Positions 1 through 14,552 of a stretch of DNA of 46,053 nt are shown here, piece by piece. The position numbers and the translations under genes were made by a program. Within the stretch, counting starts at the first letter, position 1, and each line of letters opens with the position of its first letter. The notes below the pieces were generated by a model that was not told the DNA's origin, made no database searches, and saw only the letters and a program-made list of their open reading frames with translations. The DNA comes from Catajapyx aquilonaris (Eukaryota), in assembly GCA_000934665.2 (NCBI GenBank), contig KZ538822.1, forward strand, positions 1 through 46,053. The letters run 5' to 3'.

Positions 1-253
1 GCATCTCCCCCCTAAAGGCGTGGGGTTAATCAAAATGGATTAATTAGCCTGGAGTCGACTGAGGGAGTAGGGTAGGGGGTACTTTACCTTTGATTTCAAA
101 GGTCGGGATATAAAGGTAGTGCTTCTATAGAGGTTGCAGCGCCAAGCCAGTGATCACATAATTTTGAGGGGACGTTGGCAGAGAGGATTTTGGGGGAAAA
201 AGAGAGGGGGGTCACCCTCATAATGCAGTGAATATATTTCCGAGGGGAGTAGC

Positions 254-318
254 TCCGCCTCCGCTTATTGGTTGGCAGACGCCGGAAGTAAGCCTCCGCT
301 TTATTACCGCCCGCCAAT
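254..318. promoter_or_regulatory. Possible promoter-like motif cluster (CCAAT x2, ETS, GC box)
   Basis: ATTGG 267-271, CCGGAAGT 282-289, CCGCCC 307-312 and CCAAT 314-318 lie in a locally CpG-rich patch. Short motifs only; no linked exon identified. Confidence 0.25.
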
Positions 319-3300
319 GTTACCCGGAGGCTTATACTGGCTCTAGTTTGAAGCTTCAAAATGTCCAGGGAGGTAGAAAAGTCCGCAGAAATGTTCCCTT
401 CACCTTTTGACGGGACAGAGGAAGACTCTTGTCAAACCTGATGGCAGCCCATTTGAAGATGATGCAGTTGAACCGACGAGTATGAACCTTGTTTTCAAAT
501 AGTTCCAACACTGGCTCAAAATAATTTTGGCAATTATTTGTGGCCGGTTGCAGCACGATTCAAACCGCAACTTGGGACGTGCCACATCGTGAGAAAAAGA
601 TGGCAAAATTGTGCTTGTTTGTTGCTGAAATTACCTTCCCACAAGACTGGAGACAACGATCATTTGCAAAACAATTTTCGTGCAATTTTATGACATTACA
701 GTGCAATTAACATGTATGTCAAATTTTTTTACAAATTATCCAGTTATTTTCAGTAATGCTATCCAAAAAATAAGCGTAATTCGGTATACGATTCGTTCCA
801 CGGACAACCAACGTCCAAAAATACGCCTCTTTGCATATGCAATGAAAGGCTGAATAATTCCGGCGCTCTAATTCCCGTTTCGTGTAAGTGACCAGGATCA
901 TGAACAGAGTTAGCAAGTTGGATTAAGCTCATCCACCGTACGCCATCATACTATACGTACAAAATTCCCCGGAGAGACTAACCGATACACTGTCAACGCC
1001 AACGCCAAAATAGGCAACTCCTATAATGGGATACCTCTCGTAATTTGTTACAAAGATCAACTCTAGAAAGCGGAAAATAGTACTCCTTCCTCAAGTTGCC
1101 AAAAGTTCAGGTTTGGAAAGTGCAATGCTTCTGGGGGAATCTCCACAAGTTCTCCACTCAACTTCTGGACCATGTGGTTAGAAACTTCTTTCTGATTGGT
1201 CTGGCCTTGTCCTGATTTCCTGCAAATCTATAGCACTAACCTCTCCGGTAGTATATAGAATACCCTACATCGGCTACAACAAGTAATATTCATTCTCACC
1301 TAAAAAATAACTCGTAAGTAATTGTCCAGGAGTGTCCACAACTAATTAAACCATCAATTGCGCCACTGGTGTTTGTACAAATTAACAGTTACACACACGT
1401 TTCAATAGTGCAGTGTACCCCACATATAGGCGACTCTTGGGTTCTTTGCCCCCGGAAGTCCAGACCCTACAAGAAATACATCCATACAATCGCTCTCTGC
1501 AAAAAGCTTCAATTTCGTCAAACTTCGACGACTCGGACGTTGTCGCAGAAATCAAGTTTCTCAATTTTTTCCACTTCAACCCAAGCAGATGAAGAGTGCA
1601 ACGTCCTCTAGCTAACAAAAGCCTGGAGTGTTCCGGAAGAGGGAGAAAAAAGGCCGGGAGACTCCCTGAAAGTAAATATAAGTCTTATGTCCAGTCTTTT
1701 AAAAAAAAGTATAGAGGAGAGTAACCCTCTGGACCATCCTCTCTCAGGCTTCCACCACCTATTTCTTTCCCTCTTCATCCCGAGATAATTACTCCAGGCC
1801 CGGTTCCATCAACGTTCACCTCAGCTAATCTCCGGTCCTTCTCAAGATAGAGAATACAGCAACTAAACGCCCGACCGCCTAACCGCTAACTTAATAGAAC
1901 ACTCGCCAGGAAAACCTACCGTGAAATTAATGCTTGGAGGCCTATATGTTTTAATTCGCATTTTTTTGGGGGGCACCACCAGGAATTCTGAGATTGTAGT
2001 CGAGATTGCTGAGAAAATTATAATCAAGGGCTACCTGATTGCCTAATTGCAAAAAAGCCACGTCATTACGGCATGTAATGTAGCGTCAACGAAACTTAGT
2101 AATTACCATAAAACGGATTGTCCACTCTAGTTCAACAGGAGGGTAGCCTGTTGCAAGTCTTGGGAGTATATGCAATATATTCAAGCCATGTTAGCACACG
2201 TGCCGTATCAATATCACATTGCTTCAATGCACGCCCAGCTCGTTCCCCTTTCCCATAACCCTGTCATTCCAAAACGTTCATGCTTCAAAATAAAATTGTT
2301 AATAATGTCCCCCACTTCCCGGGTGCACACATTGATCGAACCTTATATGCACCGTCACATACCATCTTCCCATGAATATAATTTAAAACACCATCATATC
2401 GTCAACACACTGAATGCCAATAACCTCTCGTTACATTACAGTGTAATATATATTAACTCCACATACGACACCCACTGTCGCGGCACACCTACTAAAGAGT
2501 CTCATGACACCACTTGTAATAATCCTCGGCTGCACTTGATCAGCGAGAGTTGATCCTTGTTGCGGGCCATAAGTCGCAGATTTTCGTCAACCGCAGGCCC
2601 CACCTCGTTACGCCGAGCATCGGGCGAAGAAGGAAAAAAAAATTTGCCCCCTCCCCTATACACCCCCTACCGACAAATTACTCCCGGTGCAAAATGGCCA
2701 CATGGGAAATTTGGGACCCGAAAGGCGAGGCTGCCACATCATTAGCCTACGAAAAGGCGGCCATCGTCATTTCTGAACAATCCCCTAGAGGGGTGTAAAA
2801 ATTCGCAAATTTTTATCTCTGCAAACGTGCAAAAACTCGGGCCAATATAGGTCAACGCGACTGTATAGTAATGAAGCCCAAAATATTCGGGAATGAATTT
2901 AGTTAATTAGCAATCTGCTTGAGACAGCTTCCAAGAGAGTGGACATCTTCAATCCTTGGACATTCATTGGACCGAACACTTGTTAAAATGGTCGGTACCG
3001 TCGACGCATTACTGTCGTTCAATTTCCTAGCCTCTGTCCCTTCCGCAAAAAAAAAAAGACCGGTCATACACTCGGTGCACTGATCTCAATCAAACGCACT
3101 CATCACCCCAACTACTGAGCATTACTTTTGCTCAACTTCACTGACACCCAGATTAATAACTAGAACGCAGCTGAATACTAATCAAGCGCTGGGGCCAGTT
3201 TTAACATGGAGTCCAAGTAATTGCACGTCGTCGGTGGACTGGATTAATTCAATGAGGAATGTAATTGGAACGAACAGGGGGGGATGTACCCAGTATATAT

Positions 3301-4578
3301 GGATGTGTTGGGTAGGGGGTAAAGTTCGACAAGATTAGTGGTCTAGTTTCAGATTGGTGCGCAATAAAAATTTATATTGGGTGCTTGTAACCCATATTTC
3401 AACCCTTGATTGGAAAACAGTTGAGGTTCCCACGTATACGGTTTTATAGCGGACAAGCACTTTCTTCGATGAATACTTACCGTCAGTGAGAGTGCATTAA
3501 GTGTCAATATTTGCTCCGGCTCCATTTACCTAGAATTGGTGGACGACAAGAATTGACATAATGGTTGTCACAGTTTGCGCAATAAAGAGGGTTCTCGCGG
3601 GAGAAAATATCTGTTTTAAAATGTAGGTCAAACATACTATAACGAGCAGCCTAGTGTTCAAGATGACACCATATTTCCAGCAGTGAGCAATATTAGTTTG
3701 TTTTTGCACACAATTTCTTCTAAAACAATCTTCAAAAAATAGGAATTTAATATTTAGTGTGTCTTTTCACGGCCTAGGAGACCCTGCCCAATGGAAGGTG
3801 GACCAAAAATGAAAATGTGCCACATATTGGACATAGGAATTGACACCATGAGATAGCCTGGTTTTGATAATGACCTACTCGTTTACAGAAACGGGTTGAT
3901 CGCTTTCCGATAGCCTCAATATGGCCACGGATTAATCATTAGAGGTCGAACAATGGAGCTCATAACCTACCACAAACACTGTACCCTGCACTCCTTGAGT
4001 TTTAAAAAAAGCGCAACATTTGAACCGGTTCATCCATCAGCCTCGTAGCTGACACAAATGTGATAACATGAACCTACCTTCATTATAATCAGCACCACGA
4101 CCCGCCAACAAGGTCCGCTGCCCTTTATCCCTATATGCATAACCAGGTTGATAAAACAAGACCCCCAAACTCCGCTCGATTGATCAAGCATGCACACGAT
4201 ACCTCCCCAAGTCTGACCAGTACTTCGCTAATTTGTTACAGTATCCTGACGGCACAACTTCCCACAACACAAGCATGTCGAACAAGATGAAAGTTCTTTC
4301 CTCAAGGCAATCGAAATATGCCTTTCCTCTTTATTAATTAGTATTCCTCAGGGCACCCAGGAACGTGGTCCTGTTCATCCGCATTCACCTCGCATAGTCC
4401 CCCGCCATTAATGAACCAGAGACCCTTCCAAAAAAATAGCCCTTTTGGGGCAGCACATGTGCTTAATGATGGAATTCATCAGAACCCGGATTTTGAAGGG
4501 GGGGGGGGGATGCTTTCTATCACCAACCGGCGCCATTTTTATTTCCGGAACCTGGGTGTTATATCAGCTCCCATTTTT

Positions 4579-4596
4579 TCTCTCTCTCTCTCTCTC
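4579..4596. repeat. (TC)9 microsatellite
   Basis: tctctctctctctctctc read directly. Confidence 0.9.
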
Positions 4597-5662
4597 GACA
4601 TGCTCGTAAATCCTTTTCCGGAATTATACGACTCTGGGAATAGCCAAGACACCTGTTCTTCCGGCACCTAGGCTATTAAGTGATTACCTGGGGCTGCCGA
4701 GTTAATTGCTTCGTGACTAGCTTCCGATCTGGTGATTTACGAGGGACCAAGGACACGCAAATTCTTTTCGCAGGGGGAGGTTACACTTTTTTTGTTCTTT
4801 TTTCTTAGATCGTTTAAATACTGGCAGTGGCCACGTGACTCGAGAGCATAACGGGTTTAGGCCTATTTAAGAGGCTGTTAACTGGCACTGTACCTGCCAC
4901 GAAGGGCAAGCTGAATAGGCCAATAGGTTTTATTCAATATTTATTATTTTTACAGAATGAGACTACGACGCTCTTTATGGTGTTCCTGTATTTATCTCCC
5001 AAAAGTGCGACAGTAATCGAGAAATGCATAAGCGCCATCCTGCGCTTAAGTCGTACTATAAACCGCCGGGTTAACGCCGTTTTACATAATCCTTAATACC
5101 GCTGTCTTTTCGCCAGCCAGGAAACAAGTCGTAAAACGACGTTACACCGCTGACGTGATGATGCCCCGGATCCCTTCCAAGAAATGGCTTCTCATTTTGT
5201 GACGCGAATCCATTACTTTCCTTTACTACTGTTGACCCACGACTCTGCAGATTGTGTAATTAGTTCATAACGATATACCTGTTTCTATAAAGGTGAGTCG
5301 GTTTTGTTGAGGAAACGTTATTGCCTGCTGCTACCTCTGACCTCAAAACCTCAACCCCACTTCGGATGGTTGATTCTGGTGGTACCTATACGCCATCACC
5401 ATTGATTATGGGGTTGCCAGACACTTCGATTGCCCCAATGATTTTTTCATGGCACAGAGAGGGGACCCAGATTCGTCGGAATAATCCTGCAGAGTCGACA
5501 GAGAAAATAAACAGCAATAATATGCGGATTGGAAATCAATCCCGGTAAGTTATATAGGCGCTTATTGTGGGGTTTGAATCTGGCAACAATGCGGTCCTCA
5601 TTGTGAGCCGCAGGCCAACGAACGTTATTGTGGCTTTGTATTCACACGACAGATTTGCCTTA

Positions 5663-5805
5663 CCAAGGAGAAACACCTTATCTCCAAAACTGTGAGGGTG
5701 AAAGTCCCGTGCACTAATCCCTCCTATAGCCCAGGGGGGATTAATGCAGGGCATGCACGGGACTTTCGCCCTTACTAATTTTGAAGATAGGATGTTTCTC
5801 CTTGG
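5663..5805. mobile_element. Fold-back MITE family A, copy 1 (superfamily unclassified)
   Basis: Inverted ends ccaaggagaaacaccttatct...agataggatgtttctccttgg, inner arms agggtgaaagtcccgtgca / tgcacgggactttcgccct. A homologous copy lies at 36560-36721. Confidence 0.8.
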
Positions 5806-7788
5806 GACGGCAGAGATGGCTCCAGATTTCCTCACCGCATCTTCCCCTCCAATATTTTTGTAAGCATCTTTTCCCCCACAAGCGCTTCGTAGTATGCATG
5901 GAGCCCGAGAAAGGTGTACACGCACAACAGCTGATGAATAATTTACCTACCAGGGGAAAAGGGAAGAGGGGGAAATAAGCGCATGAATTATGCAGCCCCC
6001 TGTTTTCGAAACACATCCGTGGCCGCCGTACCTTTAAAACTCCATCTCAGAACCCCCCCCCCCTCCCCCCACCNGGGAATAAAATGGAAACCACCTGAGT
6101 CCATGTCAATGCTGATTACCCCGAAGTTCAAGGACTTCGAGACTAACCTCTGGTAACAAAAATTAATGTTTCTCAGAAAGACAGGTAGCACTTAACAATT
6201 GGTGCCATAGGTCGATACGAGATAAAACTTTCCCCCTACCTTAATTTGCATGCGTGCTTGGAAGCATGCAACCTGCCAAGCCACAGTGCGCTTTAAACTA
6301 GAATTAATTGTCCATAAAACCGTCTCGGGGAAATACTCCCCTTGGATACTTACCGGCCATCTTTTTTTATTATTATTATTCCCAGACTCTCCAACAATAT
6401 ATGAAAATTCGGGTGGGCTAAATATAGGGACGATAATTAAATGCACGGATGCGCTTCTAGCCCCAGCAAGAACAATGACGTGCTGTGAATAGTTCTTGTG
6501 GGAGTTGGCTCCACCTAACAGCTTGCTCGAATACAATGGCATGTATTCCTCACTCCGGCTTATCACAACAACAGGCGCAATTTTGGGTAGGCGTAACAAT
6601 GGGCGGAGGAACTATATCAAGCTTTTTGTTTTGTTTGTAACCGGGGCCTCATTTTGCGTGGTCCTCCAGGAAACATTAGTTACCGTTTAAAAAGTATTAA
6701 GTATGCTGTAATGTCGCATTACGAACACTATAGGATCAATAACAACGAAATGTTACTAACCCAACTCTTATTTTTTTCCCATCCGCTTTATTTATAAAGC
6801 GGACAAATTGAAAAGAGCACTTCATTCCCGCCCATGTCCCTCAATGTCAAATAAAATTGCATGGCAACATTCATTTTGCGGCAGGTTTTTAAACCGCTCG
6901 ACATATCCAGCAATTACCGTAATGCACCCCCTGACTTTTCCTGCAAAAAAAAGGGGGCCACTTTTTCTGTCATGTCCCCCGTCAGCGAAATCAATTTTCT
7001 AAAATGCCCACAAAAAATTGTCCTCATAACTGACCATCCAAGGTGACTTTACCATTAAAATCGGCTGCACTGCCCCACAGGCGGTTTTTTAAAAAAAGAC
7101 GCTAATAAATATTTTGGCGTACTATGGCATTCCTATATACATGAAAAATTACATGGGTGGCTAAAATAGCTCAAAGGCACCTCTGAATAATTATAAACCG
7201 GGATTTCCCCCACCTAACCCTAGCAACCCCCTTTTTTGTTGCGTCAATTAGTGTTAGAATTCCATATGAAAGGGTCGTTACAACATCGGCGGTGACTCAT
7301 TAACGATTTGCGAGTTGCGGCGGAGCTGTTAATATGTCATTTAATTACTAATAAAATAAGTAATTGATTCCCATTAATGGACCACAAACAGGATCATGAA
7401 GGGTTATGGTCTCCTGCCTATATATAGCTGGGTGTCGAAAATTTGCAAATCGATAGAACCGTTACCAAAGTTTCCGTATGCTCCCCCAACCATCCGCTGT
7501 AAAAATACTCCACAACGACTATCGACAGGATGCACCAAAAATATCCAGGGCTTCTGGAGTGTTTGATTACATCATTTTTCACTCTCTCGGATATGAAGTT
7601 ATAAGTTGGCTCGAGTTGGCCTATACTTACCTTTGCACCGTTAGTGCGATGCGATGGCGTAAAACTCATTAGTCCACAAATATTTTTTGAGTCTCTAATA
7701 AGCAGTCGTGACAAAAAAATGATTAAATATGATGTCATAATGTTTAGTTGATTGGCTCTACATTCTCAACCCATATATGTCTGTAGTA

Positions 7789-7933
7789 CAGGTGTGACAG
7801 GTGTTAGATTTGCTCATTAAAATACATTCAAAAATTAACAAAAAATAATTCATGCTAATAGGCGTTCACCTATTAACACGAATTATTTTTTGTTAATTTT
7901 TAAATATATTTCAATGAGCAAATCTAACACCTG
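7789..7933. mobile_element. Fold-back MITE family B, copy 1 (TA-flanked, Tc1/mariner-like ends CAGGTG...CACCTG)
   Basis: Near-perfect ~65-bp arms caggtgttagatttgctcatt..aaaaattaacaaaaaataattc / gaattattttttgttaattttt..aatgagcaaatctaacacctg, with TA on both sides. The left tip carries a short acaggtgt duplication. Confidence 0.8.
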
Positions 7934-7935
7934 TA

Positions 7936-7979
7936 TACAATATACAGCACTTGTAACATTATAAGTGCTGTATATTGTA
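7936..7979. repeat. 44-bp hairpin with perfect 17-bp arms between two family B copies
   Basis: tacaatatacagcactt ... aagtgctgtatattgta are exact reverse complements. Confidence 0.85.
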
Positions 7980-8088
7980 CAGGTGTTAGATATTTAGTCA
8001 TTATGTTATGTCCTCATTTTCTAATTCAAAAATTAACAAAATATAATGCAGACATATTTTGGTTAACTTCTGAGCTTAACTTCACATG
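7980..8088. mobile_element. Degenerate second copy of MITE family B
   Basis: Starts caggtgttagat, contains ttcaaaaattaacaaaa and the inner inverted repeat ttaacaaaatat/atattttggttaa, and ends tgagc..cacatg|ta, resembling tgagc..cacctg|ta. Confidence 0.55.
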
Positions 8089-11000
8089 TAGTGTCCAGCA
8101 CATGTATAAGTTGATCCGGCATAGAAGTTCACGGAGGGAAAGGATGGCCCTGGGGACAACCGCTGCAAAAACTTATCCCAGTGGTAGCTGTCACACTAAT
8201 GATACATCATTAACCCCACAGAGGTCCGGGAAATTGCAGGTATCTTGCCACTGGGCCCGCCCAAGAATCCCCCTCCCTCTTCCCCACAATGTCTTTTTCG
8301 TGTTCCGACGGGCTTTTACAGCCCGTGCAAAATGAGTTAAAGGAAGTCGCGAGTTACGCCGGTTAATTAGATTTGCAAAATTTGGCGCAAACGACCGAGT
8401 GGAAATGAAAGTCAGCATGTGGGATTCGGTAACAAAGGAGGAAAATGGGGGGAGGCTGCAGGAGTTGGAGGATTCCAGTTCCCTTTGGTGTTAACTTTTT
8501 GCCTGCCGGGGGACATTCATTTGGGCAACACAAATTATTTTGGGGTACATTTTCTTGCCAGTTGGCACGTCATGAAATCACAAGCTGACGAGATGACAAT
8601 TTTTGCTCATTTATTCAATCATGCACAATTGCGAAAAATCCACAATGCAACTCGAGGCTTATGGTAATCTGGTGCTATATCCTCTTCAATCTCCACACCT
8701 GCTCATATACGCTCACTCAATTACACATAATCTCTGTGTAGAGCAAGAAATACCGATATAATCCACCCGCAGCCACATTATACATACGCCTACACAAAAA
8801 AGGTTCTATTGTGTCATACACCTCCATCATATTTTACACCCAACTCGTGAAAGCTCCTACAAATTAGTGTCACTTAGCAATCGACATCCCCAGAAAATTC
8901 CCCTGACTTTGCTATTGACCATGAAGTTCTTCCAACATTACACCATTTTTTTTGCTCCCATATCCAGCTGGGGCGGGTCATCTTTAGCGACTATAAAAAA
9001 AAAGCGGCGCCATTCGCATACTGAAGTGGCGCCGTCTCCCAAGTACCATCCAGTCCAAGGACAGCCGAGAAGAGCAACCGACGAAATCAGACTGTCGAGA
9101 TATGTGCAAAAAACGAGCCTCTTCTACAGCACTTCTCGCGAAAACTTACAATCTACCTTTTCACAGGTGCACAGGCGTTAAAAAAGTGCAACGACCTGTA
9201 GTTACTTCACATCTTTGCTTCTTTTATAGCAACGGAGCATTTTAAGCTGTCAGAATAACAATGGTGGTGTTAAGTCGGGTGTGAGTCATTTTTCGAGGTG
9301 AAGCTAAGGTGCACGACTTTGTACGAAAATGTTTCCTTTGTAGTGAGCTGTAAGGCAACGTGTAAGGTAAAGGTAAGGCGAACAACTGTGCTCTGTACAA
9401 AATATTCAGGAATCTGTGACATGCACAAATGCAGAGTGTATGAAAGCAGTATCCATGTTTAACAGTAGAGTGCTTTATGTTACTCAAAAATTACCCCTGT
9501 CACATACACACATACCCTAAAGTCCTTTGACCAATATTAGCATACGAAGGCCATATAAATCCGATTGCTTCATTTTCTAAAACTAGCGTCATGACACAAA
9601 TACTTTCAACTTATTACAACAAAACTTTGTTTGCATGCTACCGTGCAAAACAGGGAGTCCAATCAACTCCCCCCCCCNNNNNNNNNGGTAAAAACTGCTA
9701 TTGTTTTAAGCCCTCCACCATGTTACACACTCATTCTACCGCAAAACAAGGCAAATAATAATTATTTTGACAAGAGTCGCTCATCATGCTCTATGTACAT
9801 ATAAACGAGAACAACCTCTACATGTTTCCAGTAAAGTAGCTTCCCCATTTCGCACACTAGAAACCTCACTATACACTACTATTCCAGTAAGACCTCTTTA
9901 CAACCCTCTTTTTTTAAAAAAAATTTATTCGCCCCAATGCAGTATATCCAGGCCTATGGAAGTTTGCAAGTAGGTTCCTACGCACTGTAATTCACTCCCC
10001 CTGCCGCAAAGCATATTTACCCTCACATTACTCCCCACACCAAAAAATTTACTCCCCCCAAAAAATACCTCTGCAGATTCCCTCCTGGAATATGCAATGC
10101 GCCGGATCATTACTCCCGAGTGCTGCACTATATGTGGGAGGATTGCACTAGAGGTCTACAAAAAAGCACGAGAAGATAAGCATCCCTTTTCTCTATTTTG
10201 GCACCTACACAGGGGCACAAAAACCGGTCGTACTGAGCATCCTTCAATGAAGAGGAAGCATTTTGCAACTGAATTTTCCCCAGGAACGCGTGCCTTTCAA
10301 CACGGGGCACGTTTTAATTAAATCCTGTACCCTGTCACAGCCTCGTTGCCACTTGCTAATTTGTATCGCAGGCCTGCTTTTCTACCTCTCTCCAGCGCCC
10401 ATCGTTGTAAATGCTGTGGTTTCATCAAAATCCCTCGTATCCACACGTATAGGTGGGTGGGACCAGAGGACATCTAGATAACACACAATGTTAACGGTCG
10501 GTAATAAGGTTGGAGGTGATCAGGGGTGATGACAGACACGATTATTCGGATGTGTGGGGGACTATCCTGAAGGAGCGTGAAAGCCTAGTGAAAATGTGAC
10601 GAGGATTAATAATACATCACAGCATGCATAAATCAAATATCAGAAGGAATAGTGTAACATACAGCATAAATATTGGATGCTGGAACACCTAACGCTGCAT
10701 CAGTATGGCAGACACTGTGCTGCTTTGCATGACAATAAGCAAGTGGGAGGCAAAGAATGATAGGTGTGGGCATCAAGCTGGCTTCAAAGTAGGTTTACTA
10801 TTCTGTCAATTACTTAGCAGGACATTAACTACCCTTTCTCATCAGTCAGTCCATAAAAACAATCTCTGCACTGCTGTGCCTCTATGTTGACACTGTGCTA
10901 TAGTAACCTGCATTAGGTACTCTCAACCCAAGCCCCTGAAAGTACTACTGTGCCCTATGCAATTAATTTGCCACCTACTTGTTATGTGTCAAGTGTCAAC

Positions 11001-14000
11001 TAATATACGGTGTGTAACTGCATCATCATTTTGAGAGTTCAACTTGCCCCCCCCCCCCCNCCGACACACAATGACGAGCAGTGCAAATACCACAAACCTA
11101 AATATACTCTGTACGACATAACAGGGCAATGAAAACATCTACAAAGCTATTAATTTGTTCGTCATTTTTACTTCTCGACATTGATAGCGTCAAGCCGTCA
11201 CCGGTATTGCTGACACAGTATAATGCTATGTACCCCCCATACGCGTTAATTGTTGTTTTGACTAGTGTCGGCGCCCCTGAACTGTTGACATAACGATAAT
11301 AACGTTCTGGACGCCCACGGTTTAAATCGATATCAAATCAACATTGCTGGGTATATGCTTTTGAATATGCCCTAAAACCACGACCTACCCTCGGTCTTAG
11401 GCTATGCAACATTCCCATAAAAAAAATTCTCCATTATTTACAATTCCCTGGAAAAAGATAATCCCACTCCCTTTCTGGAATTCATAATGACCACTTTTGT
11501 ACCAGCACAGCACTATATGACTCCACCTTTAAAAAAATAAGGTATACTATGCATACCTACAACCAGCCTGGAAAAAAACTTTATCAAATCTACCCGCCGT
11601 AGTTGGAGCCATAATGCCGCCTAAAATGTGTCATTTGGCTCTTTCACCTTTCTAGGACACAACGGCATGCTCATAATATAAAAAGTACCGCCCTAGAAAT
11701 TCATGGCCCCCGTAGGCATCGCCATAAAAGGACGATCGATTTCCCATTTCGCTATGGTAAAAAAGACCCCTCCCGATGCAACTACTACCAGATAAGCCTT
11801 CGAAAAATTGTAAAGAAAGAGAATTCTGGCGACAGGTAAGATAGGTGTACCTTAGCTTCGGAGAATCCTAGGCTGAGCAGGAGTGCCAGCCATGGCAGTA
11901 ACCGCCGTCGAGGCATTTCCACCTGTAATCAACAATATGGATTAGACACAGTTCATAGCAACAACAATCAGCCAAAAAACCATTCACCATGAAAAATGTG
12001 AAAATATTCCATCTAATTAACACCCATGGTAAGTGCACATCATCTGATGGGCCTCCCCAAATATTCATTTCATCTGCAAATGAGACTCCTCTTATCGATT
12101 TCAATGAGGCTTATTTGCTCATGGCCGCCTTCCATTCTCTCCAAAATTTCACCCCCACCAAAACCATTCTGCCAACCCAATTTTTCTCCCTGGAGCAGAA
12201 TAGCACATTGCGACCCCCACTAATTAAAGGGGGTGATAATTGTCATTCACTGCTGGTGCCGTGTAGAAGCAGTTAATTAATCATAAAACTGCACTTGTTG
12301 CATTGTTATTATTTGGATTTCATATATCCCTGCAGGTTGCTGTTCACATGCTTCAATACACCCTATGCATTACTTATGACACCAACATGAAATGGGTGGG
12401 CCGATATAATCAATATTCTGCTTATATACGATCAATCAATCCGAAAGTTGGGGTCGACAGTACGCACCCTGTATATTTATTTAAACGGACCAATATCATC
12501 ACGTTCGATTCACAGACCTTATTATATTTTCCCCTCCTTGGAATTCCCAACACTATTTTCTCCTACTTGTTTCTGGATTGCAAATCTCAGTTCGTGTCTC
12601 CCCAGTTCCCAGTCTAATCCATCGGAAGTTGTCGGTTTCGAAACACGATCCATTTTTGTGTCCAACTGAGACCATTGACCACAAAAAAAAAGGAACCAAG
12701 GAAAAAGATCTCCATGCAAAAATATCCTTTGCTCGCAAGTGGGATTTTGAGACGAAACCCTTTTTTACATTCCCTAAATTCGCAAATTGTGTCCACCGGA
12801 TTTTTCCTGGTTCCTCCACCGAGGTTTACTGCACTTTTCCACTCACCCGGATCATAAAGAACGGACGTAAATGTTTTATTTTATGGCTCCAAGTCCTGCC
12901 CAGTAAGTCCTGACAGTATGTGGACAGCGACCGGGGTTTTTCATAATATGTGAATGCGTGGGAAAAAATATTATGACAACAGGTCGTGTGTTTACATGAA
13001 ATGGCTTTTCCGTGCAGGCCAAAGTCAACACGTGTGGATTAAGACTCTGGTTTTCTCGCCATAAAAACAACTGTGGAAAAAAACGCACAATTTTAGAATG
13101 CATAAGTTATTTTGACCCATCATGACCCCGTCGCTATCCAAAATGCTGTTTCTACAACCATTTTATCACAATAGTACACATAATTTCCATAAGCGCAACT
13201 CTAATTAACCCCTTTAACATTCCGCAATCGCACTATTTGGCTCAAAAAAAGAGTTATTGTTTCCACACTTTTTCATTTGGCAATTATTTCAGACAAACAT
13301 GCTTTATGTTGGTAGTCTACACACAAATGACAAATGAGGGATTAATTAGAGTCCTAATTGCCCCTAATTAGCATTAATGTACCATAATCACCCCGCTGTA
13401 AAATTAACAACGCTTTTTTTTCCAAACGCTTTCTACAGATGTTCTGCATTTTCCAATTTTACACATCCCAACATCCAGCTTTTATCGGGACAGCGACACT
13501 GATTTTGCAACAGTCTCCCCAACATATTGATTCCGCCCATCAAGTATGAACAGTCTATGATGTTTCATATTGATTTGATAAAACCTCTCGGTCTCTACAG
13601 TATAGTTACAGAAATAATCCGCTTTAAACAGTGTCAAGTATCCTCTTCGAGCATATTAAAATATGGTTGTTAAATTCATTGCAGCAGGCAATGTGTCTAT
13701 AAAGTTCGTCTGAATCATGTATATAAAATGTTCTCACATCACAAAGGGACTGGAATCCCTCAGTTGACAAAATGTCAAGATACTTAAGAAAACTGGCTTC
13801 CGATTGTTTTGAATGCTCTACCTTCCTGCAGAATAGAATTTCAGAGCGTCTTTCGTTCAACGAAGAAGTTAAAAGGCAGCCAATAAATGCCTACTGAACG
13901 TGATGAGAGTAGAGGATCCTGCAGCTGATAAAGTCTAGAAGCCCCCCCCACTTCTTGACGTTTCTTCGCCTTTTCTTCCCAGCTCCTTATTTCTTTCTCC

Positions 14001-14530
14001 TTTTCCTCCTCCCCCTCCTTCGGCTCCTGGATTCCAGACATTTACGAGCGCTATTTATGACTGCAGCCACGTGGGAGAAACCTCCAGTTGCGATAGACGG
14101 ACGGCCAATTTCTACTGTAATTCTAACGACCGTATCGCCCATCCATCTTCTGTATCGATAAATAAGTCCACTCCAAGTTTGGCTTAAGTTTCCGACAAAA
14201 AAAATCTGAGAAGTCTCATGCTATTACTGTTAGCCCACTAGTAGTTAGCGGAACTATTTTTTTTTCTTCGCCAGATAGAAGCTAATAATCGGAAGACAAT
14301 CGTATATCCATTTCTGGGAAGAAAAAGTGAGCATGCCTGCTGCGTCCAGGTCTTCAGCTCTTATTGCCCCACGTGACCTAACAAGATAGGCGGAACAAAA
14401 GAACACAAGTGTTCCTTTGAAGGCACTGATACTCAATAGCATCAGCGACACGCTGAAATATCCAGAATCTGTTGCAATTGAGGTGTTGCTTTGTAAAGAA
14501 CACTCTACATGGCTGTTGAGCCATTTGGGA

Positions 14531-14552
14531 AATTAATTAATTAATTAATTAA
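14531..14552. repeat. (AATT)n self-complementary microsatellite
   Basis: aattaattaattaattaattaa read directly. Confidence 0.85.

Noticed and set aside
4377..4400. gcattcacc, partial reverse-complement resemblance to miR-124
   Set aside because: The seed side does not match and there is no precursor hairpin. I recognised no conserved miRNA by eye, but a miRBase/MirGeneDB search is needed to exclude one.
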